Assembly (NCBI GenBank): GCA_963748625.1
Contig: CAVVJT010000010.1
Location: 1,056,001 to 1,120,000 of the forward strand
Length of the DNA stretch: 64,000 bases
Reading direction: 5' to 3'
Source: an uncultured Chloroflexia bacterium
Lineage (GTDB): Bacteria > Chloroflexota > Limnocylindria > Limnocylindrales > CSP1-4
Of the stretch, positions 56,039 through 64,000 are shown piece by piece (position 1 is the first letter of the stretch; each line of letters begins with the position of its first letter). The translations under genes were made by a program, and so were the position numbers. Under the pieces are notes generated by a model. The model did no database searches. It saw only the letters and a program-made list of their open reading frames with translations, and was not told the DNA's origin.

Positions 56039-57342
56039 CCGGCGGCCTCGACCACTGCCCTGCTGTCGTCCAAGTCGACCTCGACGGCGGGCTCCGTGTC
56101 ACCGGCCACCGCCTGTGCGATCACCGGGTGCGGCTGCAGCGCGTCGTACAGCCGCCGCCCGCCGAGCGCCAGGCCAACCACCAGCGCGCCGATCATCGCG
56201 ACCGTGGTGGCCACGAACGGGATCCGCAGGTCAACGGCAGCGGCGAACCCGGAGAACAGCGACGCGATGATCGTGCCGAGCGTGCCGGCCGCACCGAAGA
56301 TGCCCTGGGCCGTCGAGGCCTTGCCCGCGGGCGCAGAGCGGGCGATCAGCAGGTAGAGCGCGGGCGAGGCGGCCGCGAAGGCCAGGCCTTCGACCAGGCC
56401 CACCAGCATGATGAACCACACCTGCCCGACCGCCACGTAGAGCGTGCCGCAGACCGCCGCCACCAGCAGGCCCACCACGATCTGCCAGAAGCCGCCGCGC
56501 CGGTCGGCGAACCGGCCGAACCAGCCGGACACGAGCAGGATCGGGAGGGCGAACGAGAAGAAGGTCAGGCCGATTGCCTGCAGGCCCGCGCCAAGCGACG
56601 TGAGGTACAGGCTCCACGCGACCTCGTACGAGCCGCTGGCGAAATAGGCGCTCACGTTGAGCGCCACACCGGCGATCAGCAGCCGGTTGAAGAGGCGCGT
56701 CGGGCGGGTCGCGAGGTCCGCGGCGCCGGGAACATCTGGAGCGGGGGTCTCGTGGGCACGCACGTGGCGCTCGGGCACGAACACGATCACGAGCACGGCC
56801 GACGCGAGAAGCGCGAGTCCCGCCACCCAGAAGACGACCGTGGGCTGCCCCGCGATCGCCGCTGCCATGCCGCCCACGACCGGCCCCAGCATCAGGCCGC
56901 CCATCTGCGCCGCGCCGTACAGGCCGAACGCCTCGCCACGCTGCTCTGGCGGGTTCGCGTCCACGATATAGCCGCGGGCGGCGGGATCGTAGATCGACGC
57001 GGCCAGACCCGCGAGGGCGCGCATGCCGATGAACGCGAGTGGGACGACCGCGAACAGCGGCAGGACCGCGAACACCGCGGCCAGCAGGAGGCCGATGACC
57101 ATCATCAGCTTGCGCGAGACACGGTCGGCGACCCAGCCGAACACCGGCTCGCCCAGCAGCCGGGCCGCGGGCCATGCCGCGACGATCACGCCCAGCGTGG
57201 GCAGGTCCACCCCGTGCTCGGTGAAGTAGATCGGCAGGATCGGCAGCAGCGCCCCGAAGCCGAGCCAGATCACGGCTTCGGCGATCAGGAGCGGGAGCAT
57301 GCGGCCCCACGCGGAGAGCCAGGCGGTGACGCGGTTGTGCAC
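56035..57342 (-). CDS. MFS transporter (DHA1-like)
   Basis: GWVADRVSRK motif A; about 12 TMs. Confidence 0.9.
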   Translation of the reverse strand: MHNRVTAWLSAWGRMLPLLIAEAVIWLGFGALLPILPIYFTEHGVDLPTLGVIVAAWPAARLLGEPVFGWVADRVSRKLMMVIGLLLAAVFAVLPLFAVVPLAFIGMRALAGLAASIYDPAARGYIVDANPPEQRGEAFGLYGAAQMGGLMLGPVVGGMAAAIAGQPTVVFWVAGLALLASAVLVIVFVPERHVRAHETPAPDVPGAADLATRPTRLFNRLLIAGVALNVSAYFASGSYEVAWSLYLTSLGAGLQAIGLTFFSFALPILLVSGWFGRFADRRGGFWQIVVGLLVAAVCGTLYVAVGQVWFIMLVGLVEGLAFAAASPALYLLIARSAPAGKASTAQGIFGAAGTLGTIIASLFSGFAAAVDLRIPFVATTVAMIGALVVGLALGGRRLYDALQPHPVIAQAVAGDTEPAVEVDLDDSRAVVEAAG

Positions 57343-57439
57343 GGAGTCCTGCCGGTACGTCCCGGCATGCTAGCCGACCTGGGGTCTCGCACCCCGACGT
57401 GGACCACGGCCCGGAACCGCGGGCGCCTATGATCGGGAG

Positions 57440-57817
57440 GTGAATCCCGCCCTCATCGCCCTGTTCCTCGTGGCGGCCCTTCTGGCGCTGCTGCCCGTGT
57501 GGCGGCTGCGCACCGCCGGCTGGTCGCGCGGCGCGCTGGTCACCGCCTGGCTCCTGTACGGGCTGGGAATCTTCATGGCAGTGCGTTTTGCGGCCCCGTT
57601 CCGCTTCCTGCTGCCGATCCTCGTCATCGCGTACGTGGCGCCGTTCATCGTGGGGCCGGAGCGGCTGGGTCGGGTGCTGAGGAGGCGGGGGCGGGCAGTT
57701 CCACCCCCGGTGAAGGACGTCACGCCGCCACCACCACCCGCCCTGACCGGCGGCCGCGGCGGGGATGCAGGCGAGGGCGAGGCCGATGACCCCGCCGGGG
57801 ACGAGCCGGGCGGATGA
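57440..57817 (+). CDS. Small membrane protein
   Basis: Three hydrophobic segments; TATGAT 6 nt upstream. Confidence 0.7.
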   Translation: MNPALIALFLVAALLALLPVWRLRTAGWSRGALVTAWLLYGLGIFMAVRFAAPFRFLLPILVIAYVAPFIVGPERLGRVLRRRGRAVPPPVKDVTPPPPPALTGGRGGDAGEGEADDPAGDEPGG

Positions 57818-58527
57818 CCGGCCCCATCGCGCTCCACGGGGGTGGTGAGTACGTCGCGGGCGACGAGGCGGCGATGGACGCGCTGCTCGGGGCCGGCCTC
57901 GTGGCGTCAGGCGGAGGACCCATACGGGTCGTCCTGGTGCCCACCGCGGTGGCGCGCCACCGTCCCGACCTTGCTGCCGCGCACGGCGAGCGCGCGTTCC
58001 TCGCGGCCGGCGCGCGTGCAGGCGTCCGCGTGGAGGTCGTCGTCGCCCTGGTCCTGGATCGTGCAGCGGCGGCGGACCCGGCGGTCATCGCGCCGTTCGA
58101 GGGCGCACACGTGATCCACCTTCCCGGCGGCGACCCGGACCTGCCGCCCACGGTCCTGCGGGCCACGCCCGCGTGGAGCGCGATCCTGCGGGCCCACGAG
58201 GCGGGCGCCTGTCTCGCGGGTGCGAGCGCGGGAGCGATGGCCCTCGGCTCGCGTCTCTGGACACCGTCGGGTCCGATGGACGGCCTGGGCCTGGTGCCCG
58301 GAGTGGCTGTGGTCCCCCACTTCGAACCCGGGCGGCTCGCCGCCTGGCGGAGGATCGTGGACGCGGCCGGGCGCCTCGTCTGGGTCGGCCTCGACGAGCA
58401 GACGCTGGTCATCGGCCGACCGGGTGCCCCGTGGCGCGTGGCCGGGCGGGGGCGGGCACACGTCTGGACGGATGCCTCGAGGCCCCTGGTGTCAGCAGGC
58501 CACGGGGAGTCGCTCGGCATCATCTGA
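57814..58527 (+). CDS. Peptidase S51 / cyanophycinase-like protein
   Basis: LHGGGE, PGGDP, GASAGA, VVPHF and GLDEQT motifs. Confidence 0.85.
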   Translation: MTGPIALHGGGEYVAGDEAAMDALLGAGLVASGGGPIRVVLVPTAVARHRPDLAAAHGERAFLAAGARAGVRVEVVVALVLDRAAAADPAVIAPFEGAHVIHLPGGDPDLPPTVLRATPAWSAILRAHEAGACLAGASAGAMALGSRLWTPSGPMDGLGLVPGVAVVPHFEPGRLAAWRRIVDAAGRLVWVGLDEQTLVIGRPGAPWRVAGRGRAHVWTDASRPLVSAGHGESLGII

Positions 58528-58578
58528 GCAGCGCACCCGACCCTCCCCGGCGGCAGCGGCGTGGGCTATCGTCCGTCC

Positions 58579-59829
58579 ATGGTCCTGCGCGCGTTCGACC
58601 GGTCCCCCTGGCGCCTCGAGCCCGGCGTCTCGTTCCTCAACCACGGCTCCTTCGGCGCCTGCCCGGAACCGGTCCTCGAGGCGCAGCGGGTCTGGCGCGA
58701 CCGCCTCGAAGGCGAGCCCGTCCGCTTCCTCGCCCGTGAGCTCGAGGGCCATCTCGACGCCGTCCGCGCCGAGCTCGGCGCCTTCCTCCACGCGGACCCC
58801 GAGGGCCTCGCGTTCGTGCCCAATGCGACCACCGGCATCTCCACCGTGCTCGGCTCGCTGCGGTTCGCCCCGGGCGACGAGCTGCTGGTCAACGACCACG
58901 AGTACAACGCCACGATCCTCGCGCTGCGTGCCGCCGCCGAGCGGGACGGGGCCAGGGTGGTGGTCGTGCGCATCCCGTTCCCGATCGATGATCCCTCGCA
59001 AGTGGTGGAGGCCTACCTCGAGTCGGTCACGCCCCGCACGCGCCTTGCCCTCGTGAGCCACGTCACGTCCCCCACCGCGGTGGTGATGCCCGTGGTGGCG
59101 CTCGTGCGCGAGCTGGACCGGCGCGGCGTGGACACCCTGATCGACGGGGCGCACGCGCCGGGCATGATCCCGGTGGACCTCGACGCGCTCGACGCCGCCT
59201 ACTGGACGGGCAACGCCCACAAGTGGCTGTGCGCGCCGAAGGGTGCTGCCATCCTGTGGGTTCGCAAGGACCGCCGCTGGAGCATGCGGCCGCTCGTGGT
59301 GTCCCATGGCGTGAACGACCCCCGCACGGATCGCTCGCGCTACCAGCTGCTGTTCGACTGGACCGGGACCGACGACCCCACGCCGTACCTGGCGATCCCG
59401 GCGGCCCTGCGCTTCGTGGGCGGCGTGCACGAGGACGGCTGGACGGGGCTCATGGCCGCCAACACGGCGAAGGCGCGGGCTGCACGGGACGTGATCTGCT
59501 CCGCGCTCGGGGTGCCCGCGCCGGCACCGGACGCGATGCTGGGTGCGATGGCCGCGATCCCGCTGCCGCACATCGCACCCTCCGAGGCTGCGGCGGAACG
59601 GCTGCAGGCGGCCCTGTACGACGAGGACCGGATTGAGGTCCCCGTGTACGCGTTCCCGGTGCCCGCCGCGCTCGAGCCCGGCTCGACACTCGCCAGCGTC
59701 GTCCTGCGGGTCTCGGCCCAGGCGTACAACCGCCCGGACGAGTTCACGTTCCTCGCAGAACGCCTGGCGGCGCGGCTGCAGGCACCCTCGTCGCCGCGCT
59801 CCCTGCTCGGTCGCCTGCGCCGCCACTGA
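58579..59829 (+). CDS. Class V PLP enzyme (isopenicillin N epimerase / C-S lyase-like)
   Basis: FLNHGSFGACP, IDGAHAPG and GNAHKWLCAPKG motifs. Confidence 0.9.
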   Translation: MVLRAFDRSPWRLEPGVSFLNHGSFGACPEPVLEAQRVWRDRLEGEPVRFLARELEGHLDAVRAELGAFLHADPEGLAFVPNATTGISTVLGSLRFAPGDELLVNDHEYNATILALRAAAERDGARVVVVRIPFPIDDPSQVVEAYLESVTPRTRLALVSHVTSPTAVVMPVVALVRELDRRGVDTLIDGAHAPGMIPVDLDALDAAYWTGNAHKWLCAPKGAAILWVRKDRRWSMRPLVVSHGVNDPRTDRSRYQLLFDWTGTDDPTPYLAIPAALRFVGGVHEDGWTGLMAANTAKARAARDVICSALGVPAPAPDAMLGAMAAIPLPHIAPSEAAAERLQAALYDEDRIEVPVYAFPVPAALEPGSTLASVVLRVSAQAYNRPDEFTFLAERLAARLQAPSSPRSLLGRLRRH

Positions 59830-59844
59830 GCGTGGAGTCCCGCC

Positions 59845-60561
59845 CTAGCGCCCGTCGAGCGGGATCCGCGCCCCGTTGACCGCCGCGGCCGCCGGGGAGG
59901 CCAGCCAGGCGAGCGCCTCGGCAACCTCCTCGGGAGTGACCCACGATGCGTTCCCCTTCGACGGCGCCGTTTCACGCTCGTGCGCGGCATCGACCGCCTT
60001 CACGATCAGCAGGTTCGCCGTGATCCCGTCGCCCGCATGCTCGCGTGCCACGGACCGCACAAGAACCTCCTCGGCCGCCTTCGCCATGGCATAGCTCGCG
60101 CCCTTCGGCCCTGGGGCGGAGGCGAACGGCGACGACACCGCCACCACCCTCCCGAAGCCGCGGGCCACCATGCCGGGCACCACCGCCTGGAGCACGTTGA
60201 GCGTCGTCCACAGGTGCTGGTCGAGCATCCAGCGCACCTCGGCCGGATCGAGATCGGCCACGCCGGTGCCGCCGGTCCAGCCGCCGACCAGGTGGAGCAG
60301 CACGTCCACCCGCCCGAAGCGGGCATCGACCGCCGCCACGACCGCCCGCGCCGCATCGGCGTCCTTGAGGTCCCCGGGTGCCGCGACCACGGAGGATGGC
60401 TCGAGCGCAAGCTCCGAGATGAGCGCATCGAGCCTGGCCGCGTCGGACCCGTTGAGCGCAAGCAGCGCCCCGTCCGCAGCGAACCGCCGCGCCGCAGCCC
60501 GGCCCACGGGCCCGGTCGCCCCCGTGACGAGCACAACCGGACGATCAGCCAAGGAACTCAT
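59845..60561 (-). CDS. SDR oxidoreductase
   Basis: TGATGPVG; YAMAK. Confidence 0.88.
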   Translation of the reverse strand: MSSLADRPVVLVTGATGPVGRAAARRFAADGALLALNGSDAARLDALISELALEPSSVVAAPGDLKDADAARAVVAAVDARFGRVDVLLHLVGGWTGGTGVADLDPAEVRWMLDQHLWTTLNVLQAVVPGMVARGFGRVVAVSSPFASAPGPKGASYAMAKAAEEVLVRSVAREHAGDGITANLLIVKAVDAAHERETAPSKGNASWVTPEEVAEALAWLASPAAAAVNGARIPLDGR

Positions 60562-61190
60562 GATCGACCTCCAGCCTCCGGTCCGCCCGGGCCCGCAACC
60601 CGACGCCCGCGCCGCGGATAGATCACGAGCATCGTCCCAGCCTCATCGCCAACGTTCTCGACATCGTGCGGCACCGCCGGATCCCATGCCAGGTAGTCGC
60701 CGGGCCCCAGCTCGGTCACGTGCGCACCCTGCGTCAGCCGCCATCTGCCGGTCAGCACCACGTGGTGCTCGTCGCCCTGGTGCGCGTGGACGCCGGTCGC
60801 CTGTCCCGGCGGCACCGACACCTCCAGGACGCACACGTCGCGCGACGTGCCGCCATCGACCTCGGTCATGACGGCGCCGCCAGGCCCGTCCACCCGCGGC
60901 CGGTCGGCGAGCCGCACCACGCGGGGCGGCGTCGTCGAGTCCAGCAGCAGCCAGGCGGGCGGCACGTCAAGCCCCCCCGCGATCGCGGCCAGCGCCTCCA
61001 GCGAGGGCACGGCCTTGTCATTCTCGATCTGCGAGAGGTAGCCGATGTTGAGGCCGCTCCGCTCGCCGACCTGGGCGAGGGTGAGCCCGCGGGCCTGGCG
61101 CCAGCGTCGGATCTCCCGCCCGACGGCGATGCGGGGCAGAGCCGATGCGCTGGACGGGGCCTGGGCGCCGCCGATGTTTTCCTCTGTCAA
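60558..61190 (-). CDS. XRE HTH + cupin regulator
   Basis: LTLAQVGERSGLNIGYLSQIEN; HAHQGDEH..PHDVEN. Confidence 0.9.
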   Translation of the reverse strand: MTEENIGGAQAPSSASALPRIAVGREIRRWRQARGLTLAQVGERSGLNIGYLSQIENDKAVPSLEALAAIAGGLDVPPAWLLLDSTTPPRVVRLADRPRVDGPGGAVMTEVDGGTSRDVCVLEVSVPPGQATGVHAHQGDEHHVVLTGRWRLTQGAHVTELGPGDYLAWDPAVPHDVENVGDEAGTMLVIYPRRGRRVAGPGGPEAGGRS

Positions 61191-61224
61191 ACCCAATTGA
61201 CCTCCGCACAAGTCCGTGCCATAG

Positions 61225-61261
61225 TTGCATCTGCAAACAATTCTCGTTTGCCAACAGCAAA
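61225..61261. promoter_or_regulatory. Two palindromic operators in a divergent promoter
   Basis: TTGCATCTGCAA and TTTGC-CAACA-GCAAA in an AT-rich patch. Confidence 0.55.
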
Positions 61262-61303
61262 CCGTCAAGGGACGCCGGTCGCGCCCCACCGGAGGAGCAC
61301 CCC

Positions 61304-61960
61304 GTGACCACCATCGCCATCATCGGCACCGGCAACGTCGGCAACGCCATCGGGTCGAGTGCCGCCAAGGCGGGCTACGACGTCGTCTTCGCCGGCCAGG
61401 ATGCCGCCAAGGCCCAGGCCGTCGCGGCGGCCGCCGGCGCCACCGCCGCCGCCACCCCGCGCGACGCCGTCGCCGGCGCGGACATCGTCGTCCTCGCCGT
61501 TCCCTACGGCGCCCTCGCGGCCGTCGCCGCCGAGATCGCCCCGGTTGCCGCGGGCAAGATCGTGATCGACCCCACCAACCCGCTCAAGCCCGACTACTCC
61601 GGCCTCGCCAACGTCGGCGCTGCGTCGGGCGCCGAGGAGCTCGCCCGCCTCCTGCCCGAGTCGAAGATCGTGAAGGCCTTCAACACGGTCTTCGCCGGCA
61701 ACGCGGCCAACCCGCAGGCGCTCGGATTCCAGCTCGACTCCCTCTTCGCCACCGACGACGAAGCCGCGAAGGACGCCGTCTGCGGTCTGTCGGGCTCCAT
61801 CGGCTTCCGCCCGATCCACGTGGGCCCGCTGGCGGCCGCCCGCGAGCTCGAGGCCTTGGCCTGGCTCAACATCCGCCTCCAGCTGATCAGCAATGGCAAC
61901 TGGAACACCGCCTACGCGCTGGTCTCCCCGCCCGAGGCCGCGCTCACCTACGGCAAGTAG
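61304..61960 (+). CDS. NADPH-dependent F420 reductase-like oxidoreductase
   Basis: GTGNVG, LAVP, IDPTNP and VKAFNT motifs. Confidence 0.88.
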   Translation: MTTIAIIGTGNVGNAIGSSAAKAGYDVVFAGQDAAKAQAVAAAAGATAAATPRDAVAGADIVVLAVPYGALAAVAAEIAPVAAGKIVIDPTNPLKPDYSGLANVGAASGAEELARLLPESKIVKAFNTVFAGNAANPQALGFQLDSLFATDDEAAKDAVCGLSGSIGFRPIHVGPLAAARELEALAWLNIRLQLISNGNWNTAYALVSPPEAALTYGK

Positions 61961-62067
61961 GCCCAATTCCCGCTGAGGGCACGCCGGACGCCGCGACCGT
62001 TCCCGGTTGCGACGTCCGGCGCCACCGACTACGGTTCCCGCACCTGCACCACTCCAATGAGCGTCCC

Positions 62068-62874
62068 ATGACCCAGCCCGCCTCCCCCGCGCCCACCGAC
62101 ACCCGCCTCCCCGCCGTGTACCTCGGCCACGGCGCGCCGCCCCTCCTCGACGACCCGCTCTGGATGGCCCAGCTCGCCGGCTGGTCGGCCGCCCTCCCGC
62201 GGCCCAAGCAGATCCTCATCGTGTCGGCCCACTGGCAGACCGCGCCAATGGCGATCGGGGCGACCGAGACCGTGCCGCTCGTCTACGACTTCTACGGCTT
62301 CCCCGAGCACTACTACCGGCTCCAGTACCGCGCTCCCGGCGCGCCGGACCTCGCGGCTGACGTCAAGGCTCTGATGCCCGCGAGCGAGCCCGTCCTCGAC
62401 CGCCCGACGCGCGGCCTGGACCACGGCGCCTGGGTGCCGCTGCTCGCGATGTACCCCGACGCCGACATCCCCGTCCTCCAGATGTCGATGCCGGACCTCG
62501 ATCCCGAACACCTCTTCGCGATCGGCAAGCGGCTGGCGCCCCTGCGCGACGAGGGCACGCTGATCATCGGGTCCGGCTTCCTGACCCACGGCCTCCCCTT
62601 CATCGGGGAGTACTGGGACGGCCGCCCGGGCGCCCCCACCTGGTCGATGGAGTTCGACCGCTGGGCCGCCGAGGCCCTCGACCGCGGCGACATCGACGAG
62701 CTGTTCGCCTTCCGCGAGAAGGCGCCGGGCATGCCCTTCGCGCACCCGACGGTGGAGCACTTCGCGCCGCTGTTCGTGACGCTGGGCGCGTCGGCGAAGC
62801 CCGATGACACCCCGACCACGGCGATCGAGGGCTACTTCCTGGGCCTCTCCAAGCGGTCGATCCAGACGCAGTAG
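62068..62874 (+). CDS. DODA-type (LigB/YgiD-like) extradiol dioxygenase
   Basis: YLGHGAP, SAHW, YDFYGFP, GLDHGAWVP, GSGFLTH and HPTVEHF motifs. Confidence 0.9.
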   Translation: MTQPASPAPTDTRLPAVYLGHGAPPLLDDPLWMAQLAGWSAALPRPKQILIVSAHWQTAPMAIGATETVPLVYDFYGFPEHYYRLQYRAPGAPDLAADVKALMPASEPVLDRPTRGLDHGAWVPLLAMYPDADIPVLQMSMPDLDPEHLFAIGKRLAPLRDEGTLIIGSGFLTHGLPFIGEYWDGRPGAPTWSMEFDRWAAEALDRGDIDELFAFREKAPGMPFAHPTVEHFAPLFVTLGASAKPDDTPTTAIEGYFLGLSKRSIQTQ

Positions 62875-62956
62875 ATGCGAAGGGGCGCCGGTCCGGTCGC
62901 GACAGCATGCCGCGAACGCAGACCGGCGCCGTGCATGGCGCGTGAGCCCCGGGGTC

Positions 62957-63457
62957 CTACTTGCCGAGCTTGACCACCACCCAGCCCGTGGAGGCACGGC
63001 GGCTGCCACTGTCCGAGTAGCAGTTCCAGTCGTCACACCACTCGCGGTAGTAGCTGACGTAGCCGGAGACGCCGACGGCGGCCTGGCCGCTCTTGAAGGG
63101 GACGCTCTCCGCGGGGATCGTCGCCGTGAGCGAGTGCACCGAGCCATCGCACAGCTGGCCCGGATCGCCCGTCCACCAGTCGACCCACCCGGTTGCGATG
63201 GATCGCCCGCTGGCCTGCTTGACGTAGGCTGAGAAGTAGTTCTCCTCCCAGTTCACACCGTCGGGTGCCGCGTCGCACGTGAGGTTGAATCGGACTTCGA
63301 CGAGAACCTTCGCCACCACCTTGGCCGACGTGATCGTGATGGTCATGCCGTCGCTGTACGCCGCACCCGGACCGCCACCCGTCGTGTCGGCTGCCGCCGG
63401 CGACGCGAGGGCGAGGGCGAGCACCCCTGCCATGACCAGGCTTGCACCCTTGCGCAT
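62957..63457 (-). CDS. Secreted hypothetical protein
   Basis: AAGGAGG RBS; signal peptide ending PAAA; paired Cys. Confidence 0.75.
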   Translation of the reverse strand: MRKGASLVMAGVLALALASPAAADTTGGGPGAAYSDGMTITITSAKVVAKVLVEVRFNLTCDAAPDGVNWEENYFSAYVKQASGRSIATGWVDWWTGDPGQLCDGSVHSLTATIPAESVPFKSGQAAVGVSGYVSYYREWCDDWNCYSDSGSRRASTGWVVVKLGK

Positions 63458-63647
63458 CGGTCCCTCCTTGGAGGACCACGCGGGTCGGTCTCGCCAGTGG
63501 CTCGATGCGGTCGGGGCGGCCGTGGCTGTGACCGCACTTCATCGCCTCCCGTTGGGGGCGAGGATGGCGTCCCACGAGCGACGATCCAAGAGCCGTGTGG
63601 CCCGCGCGGCCGTGGCGCGCTGGCGCCGGATACCCCACTATCCCAGC

Positions 63648-64000
63648 ATGCCCGTGCCCTCCATCTGGACCACTGCGCTGGCCGACCGCCTGGATGCGGA
63701 GCTGGCCGGCGGGTCACTCGACAACCCCTTCCGCCCCGCCGTCCTGCGCTGGGCCGCGGCGACCGGTCGCCCGGCCGATCCGCTGCCCCTCCTGGAGCAC
63801 CTTGAGGGCAACCGTGTCGGCGGACGCTCCGGAGCGCGGCGATACCGCTGGGACCTCCCGCTGGCCGCCTGGGTGGACAACGGCGGCGTTTCCCGATGGC
63901 GGCCGGCCGAGGCCGAGTGGGCCCGCCGCCACCCCGAGGAGTACGCCGAGCGCCTCTGGACCCCGCCGATCCTCGCCGAGCACATCGAGTGGCTGGAGCG
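63648..64000 (+). CDS. Hypothetical protein, 5' part (runs off window)
   Basis: Open frame MPVPSIWTTALADRLDAEL...; GC-biased codon usage. Confidence 0.5.
   Translation, partial: MPVPSIWTTALADRLDAELAGGSLDNPFRPAVLRWAAATGRPADPLPLLEHLEGNRVGGRSGARRYRWDLPLAAWVDNGGVSRWRPAEAEWARRHPEEYAERLWTPPILAEHIEWLE

Noticed and set aside
57814-59829. Beta-lactam, ergothioneine or cyanophycin pathway
   Set aside because: Only family-level similarity; no partner biosynthetic genes nearby.

Overview
High-GC bacterial chromosomal window. Gene content and style suggest Chloroflexota (Limnocylindria-like); this is an inference. The housekeeping backbone comprises the fabF 3' end, copA, a dapB-dapA-dapD-lysA operon, ogt, korAB with CBS proteins, proC/proline dehydrogenase, ferredoxin, sco/PCuAC and tRNA-fMet. 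Several accessory modules are embedded in it. The most notable are: (1) a signal-less repeat protein made of short acidic cassettes (DVEGH motif) separated by Arg-Arg sites, next to a cytoplasmic S8 subtilase, a GAF protein, a Crp/Fnr regulator and an MFS-cNMP fusion, a candidate cyclic-nucleotide-controlled polyprotein-processing/peptide system; (2) a ComP/ComA-like two-component island with three pairs of TAGGG-N4-CCCTA palindromes and orphan 'effector 3' fragment + intact lipoprotein' cassettes; (3) two small hydrophobic peptides sharing a C-terminal DGAKRW motif; (4) a His-containing membrane protein ending in a RAPP arrest motif directly upstream of sco-PCuAC; (5) a Lys-containing leader peptide and terminator upstream of the dap operon; (6) a phospholipase C-vWA-TM-FHA receptor-like protein. 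Many genes look leaderless. Several single-frame breaks probably reflect sequencing indels. No CRISPR array, transposase or integrase was seen.
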